Positions 1 to 9,792 of a DNA stretch of 64,000 nt are shown in pieces. The notes beneath the pieces were generated by a model, which was given only the letters and a program-made list of their open reading frames with translations, searched no databases and had not been told where the DNA came from. The stretch is from Abditibacteriaceae bacterium. Its GTDB lineage: Bacteria; Armatimonadota; Abditibacteriia; Abditibacteriales; Abditibacteriaceae. The first letter of the stretch is position 1; each line of letters begins with the position of its first letter. Position numbers and translations under genes: made by a program. The DNA is taken from contig OZ255721.1 of assembly GCA_965277285.1 (NCBI GenBank), positions 1,888,001-1,952,000 of the forward strand. Direction: 5' to 3'.

Positions 1-481
1 GAATGTTGACGCGCAAGCGTTGGATTTCGTCCGTCCAACCTTCGCCGGTCGTGAAACGCAATACCAGTTCGCCAGACGCTGTATCGATCAAAGCCAAAAA
101 CCCGCGCGTGCCGCCAATCGCAGCCATCGCTTCATCCAATGTCGATTTAAGCAATTCATCAGCTTCAGCCAGCGAAGTTTGCGAAAGCTCGACATCGAAA
201 TCGCTGGACAAAAAAGCTGCGCCCGGCAACGAACCGCTCACCAAGCCATTGCCGAGCGTGTTACTTAAAGTGCCACTTGGTTTAAGAGATTGCGTGGTAT
301 CACCATTAAGCGTCGCGTGAAGTGGACTGCGTGGCAAGGTTCCAGCCGTTGTGGGCGCGATGTCGGACGCGCTTTCGTGCGGGGCGCTTTCAACCGCCGC
401 TCTTTCGACGGACGCTTCAACGGCATCTGTGGCGGCTTGAGTAAGAAAAGGCGATGGCGAAGAATTTTGAGATGTGTTCAT
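1..481 (-). CDS. GAF-domain sensor/signalling protein (N-terminal part; runs off the left edge)
   Basis: Hand translation from ATG at 481: low-complexity N-terminus, then 'ADELLKSTLDEAMAAIGGTRGFLALIDTASGELVLRFTTGEGW', typical of the start of a GAF domain. No stop before the window edge, so it is not in the ORF track. Confidence 0.6.
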   Translation of the reverse strand, partial: MNTSQNSSPSPFLTQAATDAVEASVERAAVESAPHESASDIAPTTAGTLPRSPLHATLNGDTTQSLKPSGTLSNTLGNGLVSGSLPGAAFLSSDFDVELSQTSLAEADELLKSTLDEAMAAIGGTRGFLALIDTASGELVLRFTTGEGWTDEIQRLRVNI

Positions 482-782
482 GGTCAATTCATGGAACACT
501 CGCAGTATAGCTTTTTAGCACGCATTTCGCGTCTGGCAAGTTCCGCAGGCCACAACCGTGCGATGTCATGCCCCGCTCCTGTATTGTTCCCATTCTGACA
601 CCTCGCAAAGCAAAAACGCTGTATGATTAAAACGTTTCGAGACAGGAAATCGAGTACTCGATTCGAGCCACGCTGTTCACCGAGATTAAAACGGCTGTTG
701 CTTTACCGGTGTATCTTACAAGCGGCGCTTCGACAGCTTAAGATTTTTCAAAACTTTTCGACGACTTTTCAGAGAAATTTGC

Positions 783-3173
783 ATGAGCATGGATTTTTTC
801 GGTTCCCATCCTGATTTGGAAAGCGCCTGGCCGGATTTTTATGCGTTGCTGGATGTGGCGCCCGCTGCAACGGCGGACGAGTTGCGCGTGCGCATCCGCG
901 GGGCTTATGTCGAAGCGCTGGCCAACATGGATCACCGCCATGTCGAGCGCCGCAGCCAGTACAAGATGATGGCCGAGCGCATTATTCCCCAGGCGCGGCG
1001 CATTTTGCTCGAAGATCAAGCGCGCCACCTTTACGATCAGCAACTCGCCTTACACCGCGCCGACAATCCCTCTGCCCTGCCCTACACGCGTTTCGTGGCG
1101 AAACTGGCGCACCTGGAAGATCAAGAAGATCAAGTTGACGCGCCGCCATCCAGCCCCGGCGACGAGCTGCCTGCGCTGCCTTCTCCGGACGACTTTTCCC
1201 TGCCCATTTCAACACCTTCTCTGCCGCGCACGGTTCCTGTTCCGGCCAGCGAAGTCACCAGCGAAGTCATAAGCGAAGGGAGCAGAAACGTCGCTTCGGG
1301 CACCAACGAGCTGAACATTTTCGATCAGGCGCACGAAGTTTTACGCTCCGAAAAGAAATACGCTGAAATGGCGCCGCTGCCTTCGGTCGCCGAAGATGTA
1401 TCCGATGAAGAAATATCACCAAAGGCGCCACCAGAATTCTCGCGTGGCGAACGTTCACGGCGCGAACGTTCGCCACACACGACGCCAAGCTCTTATGCTT
1501 CCACCGTGCCCGTCGAACGAACAAGCAACGCGGCATCAGGCAATAAGCCAACCAACAACGAAGTTTTGTCGCCAGACGCGCTGTCTTCGCAATCGAGTAC
1601 TCGATTGTCGCCAAAGGCATCGTCAACGCCGCGCACAACCGATTTCGACGACATTCCGATTTTGGCAAGTGTGACATCTGAGGAAGATCAAGAAGAAATT
1701 GAACCAGGAAATCCCAATATTTCCGCGCAAGCTGTGGCGCCGATGAGTGCGCTGGAACGCCAGGCACGCTACGAGTTGGCGGCAGCTCAGGCGCGCGTGC
1801 TGCACATCGATCCCAACCAGAAGCCGCCCGCTCCTGGCAGCGAACCCAATGCTTCCGAAGTCGCGCCGCAGGAAGAGGAAGCGCGTCGAGCGCGCGTGTT
1901 GCGTGTCGAGCGCGGCGCGCGGCCTTTGACAACGGCGCAACTTGAAGCGAGCAGCGGCCAAGATTTGGGAGCGGGCGTGCACGGCATTGTGTCTTCGGGG
2001 CGCGATATGGCGAGCAAGCCGGTCAAGACGCGCGTCAGCGTCGGGCCAGGACGCAATGCGCGACGCGTTCTGCCGCAACCCGCGCTGCTGGCCTTGACCG
2101 CTCTCACTTCCGCCGGATTGATGTTTCTCATTGCGCGCCTGCAATTTTCAACACCTGCCGCCATTCCGCAGAACGTGGCCGCCGCAACAACGCTGCAAAT
2201 TGAGTACTCGAACGACTTGCAGCCGATCATGGAACACGCGCCAGGAGATTTCAGCAAAACCAAAGACGGGCACAGCGTCACTCTCGATTTGCGGTCTTTA
2301 GAATCGCAGGACGCCATGCAAGCAGCGCTGAGTTCAAGCGCTGCGCCGCCCGACGCCTGGATTCCCGCCGAAACGCTGTGGAGCGACCGTTTCAATCGCC
2401 TTGCCTCGCAAAACAAACAGCCGACCATCACAGCGTCGCGTGCGATAGCTCTTTCGCCGCTGGTTCTCATCGCGCGCGACGACCAAGCCAGTACGTTAAA
2501 ACGCTTGTTTCCCAATCACAGAATTGCTTCGTGGGACGCCTTACGCACAGCGATTTCCACCAATGCCGCGCATCATTTCGGCTTGACCGATCCGCATCTT
2601 TCGGGCGCCGGTGCGATGACGCGTTGGTTGATGGCGCGCGAATGGAGCGAAAGTCACAACCTGGTCTGGGACAAAAAAGCCAATGCCAATGCGAACCTGT
2701 GGAAGTGGATGAGCGGTTTTGAAAACAACGTTCCCGATGATGCCGCTTCGACCGATGAAATGGTGCAGGATTTGGTATTGGGCAACTCCGACCGCTTCTG
2801 GTGGGCTATCGCGTATGAAAGCGATGCCATCAAATGGCTGCGCGCCGGCAAGCCGATTCAAATTTTTTACCTGCCGGAAACCGCTTATGCCGAACACCCG
2901 TTTTGCACCTTTGATCGCGCGGGTTCGAGTACTGGAATGCGCGCCGCACGCACCGCTTTTGAAACGTTTCTGCGCAGTCGCGCGACGCAAATCGCGCTGG
3001 CGCAAAATGGCTTTCGCCCGACCGAAATTCGCCTGGCCGATGTTCCCAACAATCCGTTCGCGCGCCGCGACTGGCGAGCGCGCGGCCTGCGCGAAAATGG
3101 TTTCCGCATCGATCAACGTTTGAATACCAACGTTCTCGACGCGCTCGTGCAAGCCTGGAAAGAACGCTATTAA
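783..3173 (+). CDS. Membrane protein: N-terminal J-domain-like region, disordered linker, TM helix, C-terminal extracellular solute-binding domain
   Basis: 796-aa ORF. 'DFYALLDVAPAATADELR' resembles J-domain helices I-II with no HPD. Hydrophobic segment 'ALLALTALTSAGLMFLI'. 'PDAWIPAE...IALSPLVL...LTDPHLSGAG...AIAYES' is typical of the SBP domains found next to vWA domains. Confidence 0.6.
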   Translation: MSMDFFGSHPDLESAWPDFYALLDVAPAATADELRVRIRGAYVEALANMDHRHVERRSQYKMMAERIIPQARRILLEDQARHLYDQQLALHRADNPSALPYTRFVAKLAHLEDQEDQVDAPPSSPGDELPALPSPDDFSLPISTPSLPRTVPVPASEVTSEVISEGSRNVASGTNELNIFDQAHEVLRSEKKYAEMAPLPSVAEDVSDEEISPKAPPEFSRGERSRRERSPHTTPSSYASTVPVERTSNAASGNKPTNNEVLSPDALSSQSSTRLSPKASSTPRTTDFDDIPILASVTSEEDQEEIEPGNPNISAQAVAPMSALERQARYELAAAQARVLHIDPNQKPPAPGSEPNASEVAPQEEEARRARVLRVERGARPLTTAQLEASSGQDLGAGVHGIVSSGRDMASKPVKTRVSVGPGRNARRVLPQPALLALTALTSAGLMFLIARLQFSTPAAIPQNVAAATTLQIEYSNDLQPIMEHAPGDFSKTKDGHSVTLDLRSLESQDAMQAALSSSAAPPDAWIPAETLWSDRFNRLASQNKQPTITASRAIALSPLVLIARDDQASTLKRLFPNHRIASWDALRTAISTNAAHHFGLTDPHLSGAGAMTRWLMAREWSESHNLVWDKKANANANLWKWMSGFENNVPDDAASTDEMVQDLVLGNSDRFWWAIAYESDAIKWLRAGKPIQIFYLPETAYAEHPFCTFDRAGSSTGMRAARTAFETFLRSRATQIALAQNGFRPTEIRLADVPNNPFARRDWRARGLRENGFRIDQRLNTNVLDALVQAWKERY

Positions 3174-3193
3174 ACGTTGAATTCAAATTATCA

Positions 3194-3799
3194 ATGCCTT
3201 CCGATGTCAGTACATCAACTACTCAAACACGGTTTGTTGGAGCTAAATTGGCAGAAAAAGCAAAAATGCTGGCGGGCGAGCTTTACCTCGCGGCAGACGC
3301 AGAACTGGTGGCTGAACGCTTGAGATCGCGGCGTCTGGCGCGATTGTATAACGCCACGATTGAAACCGAAGACGCGCAACGCCGCGAAATCTTGGGCCAA
3401 TGGCTGGGTGCAATCGGCGGCAGCATCGCCATTGAACCGCCATTTCAATGCGATTACGGCTCGAACATTTTCGTCGGCCACAATTTCTACGCGAACTTTG
3501 GCTGCATTTTGCTCGATTGCGCGCCCATCGAAATCGGCGACAACGTTTTGCTCGCGCCCAATGTGCAGCTTTATACGGCGCACCACCCGACCGATCCGCA
3601 AATTCGTCTGACCGGCAAAGAGTTGGCGTCACCAATTACGATTGGCCACAACGTTTGGCTGGGCGGCGGCGTCATCGTGTGTCCCAATGTCCGCATCGGC
3701 GATAACACGACAATCGGCGCCGGCAGCGTCGTCACAAAAGACATTCCCGACAATGTCATCGCGGTTGGCAATCCGTGCCGCGTCATTCGCCATTTGTGA
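3194..3799 (+). CDS. maa: Sugar O-acetyltransferase (maltose O-acetyltransferase family)
   Basis: 'KMLAGELY', 'IEPPFQCDYGSNI', hexapeptide repeats, 'IGAGSVVTKDIP...GNPCRVI'. Confidence 0.85.
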   Translation: MPSDVSTSTTQTRFVGAKLAEKAKMLAGELYLAADAELVAERLRSRRLARLYNATIETEDAQRREILGQWLGAIGGSIAIEPPFQCDYGSNIFVGHNFYANFGCILLDCAPIEIGDNVLLAPNVQLYTAHHPTDPQIRLTGKELASPITIGHNVWLGGGVIVCPNVRIGDNTTIGAGSVVTKDIPDNVIAVGNPCRVIRHL

Positions 3800-3836
3800 T
3801 GACAGCGTTCAGGCTCATCCGTTTGATAAAACCTTT

Positions 3837-4376
3837 TCAGTCTCGTGAAAATATGTAGAGCGTGTGGTTCAGAGCCACTACGAAGCTGCGACCGGTTTCC
3901 GAAAATCCGTAAGCTCGGATTTCATAATCGTTTTGTATCTGAACACAGGCATCGAGATCGTCGTAAATGTCTTTCCAAGGCGGCGTCAGAACCACGCGAT
4001 AATCGGGCCAGGTCGGAGTGACGAGCTGCAGGGAATAACCGTCTGAAGTTGATGTAATAAGACCGCCGCCGTACATGCCAGCTAGGCGAATCATCTGGCC
4101 TTCAAGCGGGCCAATGCCCAGTGCCAGTAGATGTAGCGGATCGTACCAAGAATTGCTGTCATCGTAATCGCGTGCCACTCTTTCTCCGGTGACACAATCG
4201 AAAATACCGCGCCCGCTCGACGATACGACAAGCAATAAATCTGAGTTCTCCGCGTAACCAACCGCTTTCAAGCCACCAACTGCGCTGCCGCCAGAAGATT
4301 TCCACGGCGCCATAGGCAGCCGTGTCTCCATTTGACGTATGCGTCGTCGCAGTTCAGCCATGTGGTCGGTGTTCAT
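3837..4376 (-). CDS. Hypothetical protein
   Basis: 179-aa ORF filling the gap between maa and fba; lower GC than neighbours. Confidence 0.6.
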   Translation of the reverse strand: MNTDHMAELRRRIRQMETRLPMAPWKSSGGSAVGGLKAVGYAENSDLLLVVSSSGRGIFDCVTGERVARDYDDSNSWYDPLHLLALGIGPLEGQMIRLAGMYGGGLITSTSDGYSLQLVTPTWPDYRVVLTPPWKDIYDDLDACVQIQNDYEIRAYGFSETGRSFVVALNHTLYIFSRD

Positions 4377-4392
4377 AAAGGAGAATTATCGC

Positions 4393-4430
4393 AAAACAGC
4401 CGCGCAACAAACTTCGTTGCGCGGCTGTTT
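4393..4430 (-). terminator. Intrinsic terminator downstream of fba
   Basis: 15-bp stem aaacagccgcgcaac / gttgcgcggctgttt with a 7-nt loop, about 25 bp after the fba stop; short T-tract on the minus strand. Confidence 0.7.
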
Positions 4431-4455
4431 CATATCAATTCAATCGAGTACTCGA

Positions 4456-5409
4456 TTACTTGCCCAATTTGCTGCGAACGTCGCTCAAGGTTCCCGCACT
4501 GCCCAACATCTGGTTTTTGTGAGCGATGAACTTGGCGTACTCGGCGATGAAGATTTTGCCGGGTGTGCGCAAGTCGAAATCGGCGGACTTGTCGCGGAAG
4601 AATTCGCGGTGAACGCGCGTCCACACCAGACGACCGTCGGTATCGATGTTGACTTTGGTCACGCCCAGTTTAGCGGCGGGCAAATACTCGTTTTCATCGA
4701 CGCCTTTGGAACCTTCTTTCATCTCGCCGCCCGCTTCGTTGATGCGGCGCACTTCGTCTTGTGGCACGCTCGAACTGCCGTGCATCACAATCGGGAAGCC
4801 AGGCAAAAGTTCGGCGATGCGCTTGATGCGGTCGAAGTGCAAACCTTGTCCGCCGCTGAACTTATAAGCGCCGTGACTGGTGCCAATTGCGGCGGCCAAA
4901 GAATCGCAACCGCTTTGATCGACGAAGTATTTGGCTTCTTCCGGGTCGGTCAGGTTGGCGTTTTTCTCATCCACCGCGATGTCTTCTTCCACGCCGCCCA
5001 GCATTCCCAGTTCGGCTTCGACCGAAATGCCTTTGGGATGCGCGCGCTCGACCACGCGCTTGGTGATGGCAATGTTTTCTTCCAAAGTTTCGTGTGACGC
5101 ATCAATCATCACGCTGGAATAAAAGCCGGAATCGATACAGTCATAGCAAGTCTGCTCGTCGCCGTGATCCAGATGAACCGCGAAGATCGCTTCGGGAAAC
5201 ACTTTCTCGGCGCTGCGAATGATGCCTTCCAACATTTCCTTGTTGGCGTAAGAGCGCGCGCCTTTGGAAAGCTGAATGATGAACGGCGCCTGCGAATCAA
5301 TGCAGCCTTGAAACAAACCCATCGTTTGCTCGAGGTTATTGATGTTGTAGGCACCGACGGCGAAGTTGCCGTAAGCAATTTTGAACAGTTCTTTTGTTGG
5401 GACAATCAT
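4456..5409 (-). CDS. fba: Class II fructose-1,6-bisphosphate aldolase
   Basis: 'AVGAYNINN', 'VHLDHG', 'SSVMIDAS', 'VEAELG', 'AIGTSHGAYKF', 'VMHGSS', 'KVNIDTD'; AAGGAG SD upstream. Confidence 0.95.
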   Translation of the reverse strand: MIVPTKELFKIAYGNFAVGAYNINNLEQTMGLFQGCIDSQAPFIIQLSKGARSYANKEMLEGIIRSAEKVFPEAIFAVHLDHGDEQTCYDCIDSGFYSSVMIDASHETLEENIAITKRVVERAHPKGISVEAELGMLGGVEEDIAVDEKNANLTDPEEAKYFVDQSGCDSLAAAIGTSHGAYKFSGGQGLHFDRIKRIAELLPGFPIVMHGSSSVPQDEVRRINEAGGEMKEGSKGVDENEYLPAAKLGVTKVNIDTDGRLVWTRVHREFFRDKSADFDLRTPGKIFIAEYAKFIAHKNQMLGSAGTLSDVRSKLGK

Positions 5410-5481
5410 GTTTTGAGTACTCCTTAAAGTACGATTTTTCGCGCCGAGTTTAACACAGACGCAAATGTTAGCTTGATCACG

Positions 5482-5952
5482 TCAAGGTTCAAGAAACTTA
5501 GCAGCTATCTCTTCGATTTCCGCACGCGATAATTCAACCCAAGTCCCGGCAGGATTGATAACTATTCCGGCAAAGTCTTCTTCTAACACGAGTTTGATAA
5601 TTTGTGCAGCCGATTGAACATAGCCGCCTGCAGACTTATTTTGCAAATCTGATTTGTTGCGGTTCTGAAGTTCCTTCAAATCAGTAAATACAATGGCTAC
5701 AGGCTCACCATTCGCATTGGTGGAGATGCGAATTTCCATATACGTGTCGTGCTCCAAAATTGTGGGAGCCGTCGACGAATATATGCCTTCAGGCTGTTCT
5801 TTGGTAGCCATCCATAACTGACTTTTCGAGAAAGCTTCATACAACTTTTTACGCGTTGTTAGAGTTTGATTGCTCTTGAAGTTTTGAATGGCTTGCTTCA
5901 GTGCAGGATTTTCAATCCATTCGCTCTTTCCGAAAACTTTGTTGTAAATCAT
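5482..5952 (-). CDS. SseB-family protein
   Basis: AT-rich ORF, probable start MIYNKV at 5952. 'NGEPVAIVFTDLKEL...FAGIVINPAG' fits the SseB N-terminal domain. Confidence 0.6.
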   Translation of the reverse strand: MIYNKVFGKSEWIENPALKQAIQNFKSNQTLTTRKKLYEAFSKSQLWMATKEQPEGIYSSTAPTILEHDTYMEIRISTNANGEPVAIVFTDLKELQNRNKSDLQNKSAGGYVQSAAQIIKLVLEEDFAGIVINPAGTWVELSRAEIEEIAAKFLEP

Positions 5953-5992
5953 CCGTAGAGTTTTTATAAACACCACCTTAAATTCACAATCA

Positions 5993-6754
5993 TTAACGCG
6001 TGCTGATGCCGCCATCGACGTAAATCGTTTGGCCGGTAATGTAGTTTCCGGCTTCGCTGCACAACAATAAGGCAATCCCAGCGCAGTCTTCAGGGTCGCC
6101 AACACGCTTCATGGGCACCCATTGGCCACGTTTCTTTTTTTCTTCTTCGTTGGGAAACTCGTCGCGGTTGCGCCACGTATCGAAATAGCCCGGACACAGA
6201 ATATTGACCGTCGTATTGTGCTCTGCCAGATCACGAGACAACGCGCGCGTCATGTTTTCCAGAGCGCCTTTGCTCATCGAATAGGCCAGCATTCCCGAAT
6301 TACCTTTCAAACCTTGAACCGAACCCATATTGAGAATGCGGCCCCAGCCTTGTTCCTGAAAAATCGGCGCCGCCAGTTGACACAACAAAATCGGCGCGAT
6401 TTGATCGGCGTGCAATTGCCGTTCGATTTCTTCGCGCGACAATTCGAGCCACGATTTTGCGACTTGAATCGCCGCGTTATTGATCAAAATGTGCAAACCG
6501 CCCAACTGCTCGCACGTTTGCGCCACCAATTGCTGCGGCAAATCCAAATCGGTGATGTCGCCGCCAAGCGCCACGCCGCGTCCACCATTTTTCACGATCT
6601 CATCAATCGCACTTTGCGCCACATCTTTTTCGATGTCCTGAATTGCCACCGCGCAACCCGCGCTCGCCAAAGCCTGCGCGATGCCGCGCCCGATGCCACG
6701 ACCAGCACCCGTAATCAGCGCGACTTTTCCGTCCAAATTGAAGTTGGGAATCAT
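5993..6754 (-). CDS. SDR family NAD(P)-dependent oxidoreductase
   Basis: 'VALITGAGRGIG', 'ILINNAA', YxxxK ('YSMSK'), 'YITGQTIYVDGG'. Confidence 0.92.
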   Translation of the reverse strand: MIPNFNLDGKVALITGAGRGIGRGIAQALASAGCAVAIQDIEKDVAQSAIDEIVKNGGRGVALGGDITDLDLPQQLVAQTCEQLGGLHILINNAAIQVAKSWLELSREEIERQLHADQIAPILLCQLAAPIFQEQGWGRILNMGSVQGLKGNSGMLAYSMSKGALENMTRALSRDLAEHNTTVNILCPGYFDTWRNRDEFPNEEEKKKRGQWVPMKRVGDPEDCAGIALLLCSEAGNYITGQTIYVDGGISTR

Positions 6755-6780
6755 AAATCTCTTTTCGAGTACTCGAAACA

Positions 6781-6850
6781 CAGCGAACCCGAAGCGTCAG
6801 CGAGGGAGATCGTATGAAGTATCTCCCTCACTGACGCTTCGGGTTCGCTG
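6781..6850. repeat. REP/REPIN-like inverted-repeat element, family B (AACCCGAAGCGTCAGCGAGGG)
   Basis: 30-bp arms with one mismatch and a 10-nt loop; related copies at 28553, 38225, 41752, 48027, 48163. Confidence 0.8.
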
Positions 6851-6868
6851 ATTTCTGCGGTATCGTTT

Positions 6869-8242
6869 TTAATCGTCGCCGCGCAAGCGGTTGTTTTTCA
6901 TGCGGCGGCGCGCGACTTTGTTTTGCTCAATAGCGGCGCGTTCTTCGCGCATTTCTTCGGCGTTGTTACTGATCTCGTCGCCAATCACCATCAAACGCTG
7001 ATCCAGGTCGTCGTATTTGTCCATGCCACGACTGCCAGGAAGTTCATCCAGCGCTTCTGTCCCCAAGATAATCGAACGGCTGGGCGCGCGTTTTTTCGCC
7101 TCGATGCCAATCGCTTCGAGCAACGCCGATTTGCCGGAACTGGTGTATTCGTAGCGACCGTTCGGGTTGTGCGTGCCATTGGTCAAACGCTCGTTCAACA
7201 CTTTCGAGTTCAAACGTCCGCCGCTCGTGCCATTTGTCGCGCCATTGCTGCCGTTCGTCACAATGACATTTCCAGTACTCGAATGGCCGTTTTTCGGCAC
7301 CGCGTTGCCGTTACCAACGATAATTTGCTCGCGTTGCAACAAGGCTTCGCGCGCCGCTTTTTCGGCCTGATCCTGCGCTTCGCGGATTTCCATTTTCTTG
7401 AAGTCTTTGTCCAATTTCAAGTCTTCCAAAATCGGATTCTTGACCAGTTTGATGTATTCGCGCGGGCCGTAAATGCCGGTTTTGGCGAGTATTTTTGCGC
7501 TTTCGTCATAGCGTGGAATCTGGCTTTTGCCGGGCATCGTGAAATGCTCGAAGACGTATTTCAAATCGTCTACCGTGCCGGCTTCGTCGTGGCGCATCCA
7601 TTCTTTGACGCTGTTGCGATAAAAGTTGTAATGCACGCGTTCATCAACGCTGATAAGGCGCAGGGCGGCGACGAGCGCCCAATCTTTCTGCTGCGTCGCC
7701 ATTTTTTCCAGGTTGCGATAATTCCAAAAGGTCGCCAGTTCCTGGATCATCGTGTAGCAAACCATTTGGCGCGGATGGTCAAAGGGCAATTCCCATTCGG
7801 CTTCCAAAAGTTCCTGCTCAAATTGCTGGCGTTGTTCTTCGGTGCGATGTCCCGACGCGAGCAACCACGATTCCAAGGCCATCGAATGCTTGGATTCTTC
7901 GTAACCCCAGTTGACGTGAAACCAGGCGCGACCTCGGCTGCGACGGATCATGTGCAGCATCTTCGAGGTGAAGTCGGGCAAATACATTTCGACGGCGCAA
8001 AATGTTTCGACGCAATGCGCCAAAGTTTCATCGGTTTCGGGATTCGCTTCGTGCCACGCGATGTCCGTAAAAACGTTCCAGCGCCGCTTTTCTTCGGCCA
8101 ACTTCAGATATTTAACCAACTCGCGATAGAAAAACTCATCCATCTGCGCTTGAATGCTGCGTTTATTTGACAAACCTTCCACCTCGATAACGAGTACTCG
8201 ATGCTCGTTCCTTTCATTTGTTCGCTCTTGAAATTGTAGCAA
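6869..8242 (-). CDS. Acyl-ACP desaturase-like ferritin-fold di-iron protein with extended C-terminal tail
   Basis: 'AVEMYLPDF', 'WGYEESKH', 'YTMIQELAT', 'ISVDERVH', 'FTMPG' match the two EXXH ligand motifs of soluble acyl-ACP desaturases. Start codon uncertain. Confidence 0.8.
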   Translation of the reverse strand: MLQFQERTNERNEHRVLVIEVEGLSNKRSIQAQMDEFFYRELVKYLKLAEEKRRWNVFTDIAWHEANPETDETLAHCVETFCAVEMYLPDFTSKMLHMIRRSRGRAWFHVNWGYEESKHSMALESWLLASGHRTEEQRQQFEQELLEAEWELPFDHPRQMVCYTMIQELATFWNYRNLEKMATQQKDWALVAALRLISVDERVHYNFYRNSVKEWMRHDEAGTVDDLKYVFEHFTMPGKSQIPRYDESAKILAKTGIYGPREYIKLVKNPILEDLKLDKDFKKMEIREAQDQAEKAAREALLQREQIIVGNGNAVPKNGHSSTGNVIVTNGSNGATNGTSGGRLNSKVLNERLTNGTHNPNGRYEYTSSGKSALLEAIGIEAKKRAPSRSIILGTEALDELPGSRGMDKYDDLDQRLMVIGDEISNNAEEMREERAAIEQNKVARRRMKNNRLRGDD

Positions 8243-8363
8243 AATCAGCGATTTTCTGTATCCCCGAAATGGTGGGTCAAGCGCGTTTATGAATTCGACA
8301 CGTCCTTATGTTATTATGACTTGCGAAGAATCGCGCTTTGCCAAGCGTTAAAAGGAAACATTT

Positions 8364-9464
8364 TTGCCGAAGAACATAAAAATCGCCCTGATCGGTTGTG
8401 GTCAGGTCGCACAAAGCGTCCATTTACCGATTTTGCATCGCTTGCCGCACGTTGAAATCGTGGCGCTGGCCGAAACCGACGAAACCCGACGACAACGCGC
8501 CGCGCAACAAGTTTTTGGAAATTCGCAAAGTGACCACGCTTTTTCCTCTTACGAAGAAATGCTGGCGACAACCCAAAGCGACGCCGTTGTCATTTGCTTG
8601 CCTTCCGCGATGCACGCCGACGCCGCCATTTTCGCATTGGATAAAACGCAACACGTTTACCTCGAAAAACCTTTGGCCACAAGTCTCAGCGACGGCATTC
8701 GAGTACTCGAAGCGTGGCAAACAGCCGGAACGATTGGCGTTATCGGCTTCAATTATCGCCTGAATCGGCTTTATCAGAAATTGCGGCAGCGTTTGCAGAA
8801 CGACGAAATCGGCGAACTGGTCGCGTTGCGCTCCACGTTTTCCACCCATGCGCGCGAAATTCCGACATGGCGAAAATCACGCGCCAGCGGAGGCGGCGTT
8901 CTCTTCGATCTGGCGTCGCATCACATCGATCTGCTGCGTTTTTTAATGGACGACGAGATTGCTGAAGTCAGCGCGATGTTGCGCTCGCAGCATTCGGAAA
9001 ACGACAGCGCGTTGTTGCAGTTGCGCTTTGAAAGTGGCGTTGTGGCGCAAACCTTTGTTTCGTTATGCGCGGTCGAAGAAGATCGCGTTGAAGTCTTTGG
9101 AAAGCGTGGCAAACTCGTCGCTGATCGTTATCTGGCGCTCGATGTCGAAAGATTTTCGCCGATACTTTCGCACGCCGCGCGCCTGCAACGCATGACAAAT
9201 CGAGTACGCGATTTGCGCCACGCGCCGTACCTTTTGCAGAAAATGCGCGCCGCGAATCACGAACCGTCTTATTATCTGGCGCTGTCAAATTTCATTAAAG
9301 AAGTGCGCAAGCGGCAAAACGACGTTGCTCAAAACGGCGCCGCCACTCATAATAGTTTCGCTTTGCCCGATTTTGGCGATGGTTTCAAAAGCTTGGCGGT
9401 GATCGCAGCAGCAGAAGAATCGGCGCAAAACGGTCGTTTCGTTGTCCCGCAAAAGCAATATTAG
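8364..9464 (+). CDS. Gfo/Idh/MocA family oxidoreductase
   Basis: 'IALIGCGQVA', 'HVYLEKPLA', 'GFNYR', 'GGGVLFDLASHHIDL'. Confidence 0.9.
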   Translation: MPKNIKIALIGCGQVAQSVHLPILHRLPHVEIVALAETDETRRQRAAQQVFGNSQSDHAFSSYEEMLATTQSDAVVICLPSAMHADAAIFALDKTQHVYLEKPLATSLSDGIRVLEAWQTAGTIGVIGFNYRLNRLYQKLRQRLQNDEIGELVALRSTFSTHAREIPTWRKSRASGGGVLFDLASHHIDLLRFLMDDEIAEVSAMLRSQHSENDSALLQLRFESGVVAQTFVSLCAVEEDRVEVFGKRGKLVADRYLALDVERFSPILSHAARLQRMTNRVRDLRHAPYLLQKMRAANHEPSYYLALSNFIKEVRKRQNDVAQNGAATHNSFALPDFGDGFKSLAVIAAAEESAQNGRFVVPQKQY

Positions 9465-9488
9465 AAGTCATCTCGTAAATACGAATCG

Positions 9489-9654
9489 CGTTCAAACTCC
9501 CAATTTGCCATTCTAAGAGGTTGTATAGAAAGCCTGCGAAATGCCTTAAAACTCCCAGTTTGTCATTCTGAGCACAGTCCGCCCAAAGGGCACCCGAATC
9601 TAACTGAACATAGATTCTTCGCTGCGCTCAGAATGACAAACTGGGAGTTTGAAC
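9489..9654. repeat. REP/REPIN-like element, family A (GTCATTCTGAGCGCAGCGAAGAATCT), partly degenerate
   Basis: Arms aaactcccagtttgtcattctgagc (9549-9573) / gctcagaatgacaaactgggagttt (9626-9650), plus an extra decayed left arm at 9489-9514. Confidence 0.75.
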
Positions 9655-9792
9655 GTGCATCTTCCTTTTACAAATTTTATACGTCTTCTACGCGTTCTCA
9701 GCACGATAGACTGGTAGTTATCAGACTTTTGAATTATAGCCCTGACGAAGACTATCGACGGAACCTGCGCGTGTTCTTTCCCAATTTCTTTT

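Noticed and set aside
6923..8170. 415-aa plus-strand ORF
   Set aside because: Antisense shadow of the desaturase gene; no motifs.
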